A stretch of 40,000 nt of DNA from Halobellus limi (lineage in GTDB: Archaea; Halobacteriota; Halobacteria; Halobacteriales; Haloferacaceae), in NCBI RefSeq assembly GCF_004799685.1, contig NZ_CP031311.1, positions 2,371,355 to 2,411,354 of the forward strand, written 5' to 3'. A program made the position numbers and the translations under genes. Below, piece by piece: positions 39,873-40,000 of this stretch (position 1 is the stretch's first letter; every line of letters begins with the position of its first letter). The notes beneath the pieces are model-generated. The model was not told the origin of the DNA. It was given only the letters and a program-made list of their open reading frames with translations, and did not search any database.

Positions 39873-40000
39873 CTAGGCGTCTTCGTAGGGGTACCGTTTC
39901 GTCGCACCGCAGGCGAGACACCTGACGACGACGTGTCCGGACTGGAGTCGGACCCGCGCCGTCGCGCCGGGGCGGAGGTACGCGTCGCAGTCGTCACAGG
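39873..40000 (-). CDS. 3' end of a small zinc-ribbon protein, truncated by the window edge
   Basis: The minus frame reads ...CDDCDAYLRPGATARVRLQSGHVVVRCLACGATKRYPYEDA*, with two CxxC pairs and G/C-ending codons. Its start lies outside the window. Confidence 0.5.
   Translation of the reverse strand, partial: CDDCDAYLRPGATARVRLQSGHVVVRCLACGATKRYPYEDA

Noticed and set aside
1-40000. A replication origin, rRNA operon, transposase/IS element or known defence system.
   Set aside because: I saw no orc/cdc6 gene with flanking ORB-like repeats, no rRNA-like sequence and no transposase or integrase motifs. I also saw no restriction, toxin-antitoxin or Cas-like proteins among the translated ORFs.

Overview
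This window looks like core chromosome of a haloarchaeon (class Halobacteria). It is visibly very G+C-rich with G/C at most third codon positions. The predicted proteins are strongly acidic. Many genes have a TATA-like octamer 22-25 nt upstream of the ATG, implying leaderless mRNAs. The ORF track is full of long R/S/P/A-rich shadow ORFs in wrong frames. From 1 to 16.7 kb the genes are nth, rad50-mre11, a small wHTH regulator, a PAN AAA+ ATPase, an intein-containing family-B DNA polymerase and sufCBD. From memory this order resembles the Haloferax volcanii panA / mre11-rad50 / polB / suf neighbourhood.

From 16.8 to 27.0 kb there is a minus-strand block of eight genes. It is built around a type II/IV-secretion-family ATPase with an unusually long Cys-containing N-terminus and a PilC/TadC-like polytopic membrane protein. 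The other six genes encode uncharacterised N-terminally anchored or coiled-coil proteins, including one of 1020 aa. Three near-identical leaderless promoters with an invariant CGGGACCA box drive the block. It is divergent from a cetZ (tubulin/FtsZ-family) gene and appears to share a single TATA element with it. This block is my best candidate for an undescribed system.

The rest of the window encodes an alkaline-phosphatase-superfamily protein, PolX(PHP) translationally coupled to a small charged protein, a Mut7-C RNase, a membrane/Zn-ribbon protein, a CPBP protease, a DUF302-like protein, an MBL hydrolase, tRNA-Arg(CCU), tatA, an HD hydrolase, an MscS channel, a CRM/YhbY protein and a truncated Zn-ribbon ORF.

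Several signals are not explained by genes:
- a three-copy short intergenic repeat family (after polB, after polX, before the HD gene)
- tRNA-fragment scars beside tRNA-Arg
- an AT-rich island with a candidate 33-aa leaderless ORF
- 15-bp direct repeats upstream of mre11
- in-frame 27-, 24- and 18-bp tandem repeats
- a 75-nt T-free purine tract

I saw no rRNA, CRISPR array, transposase or integrase.
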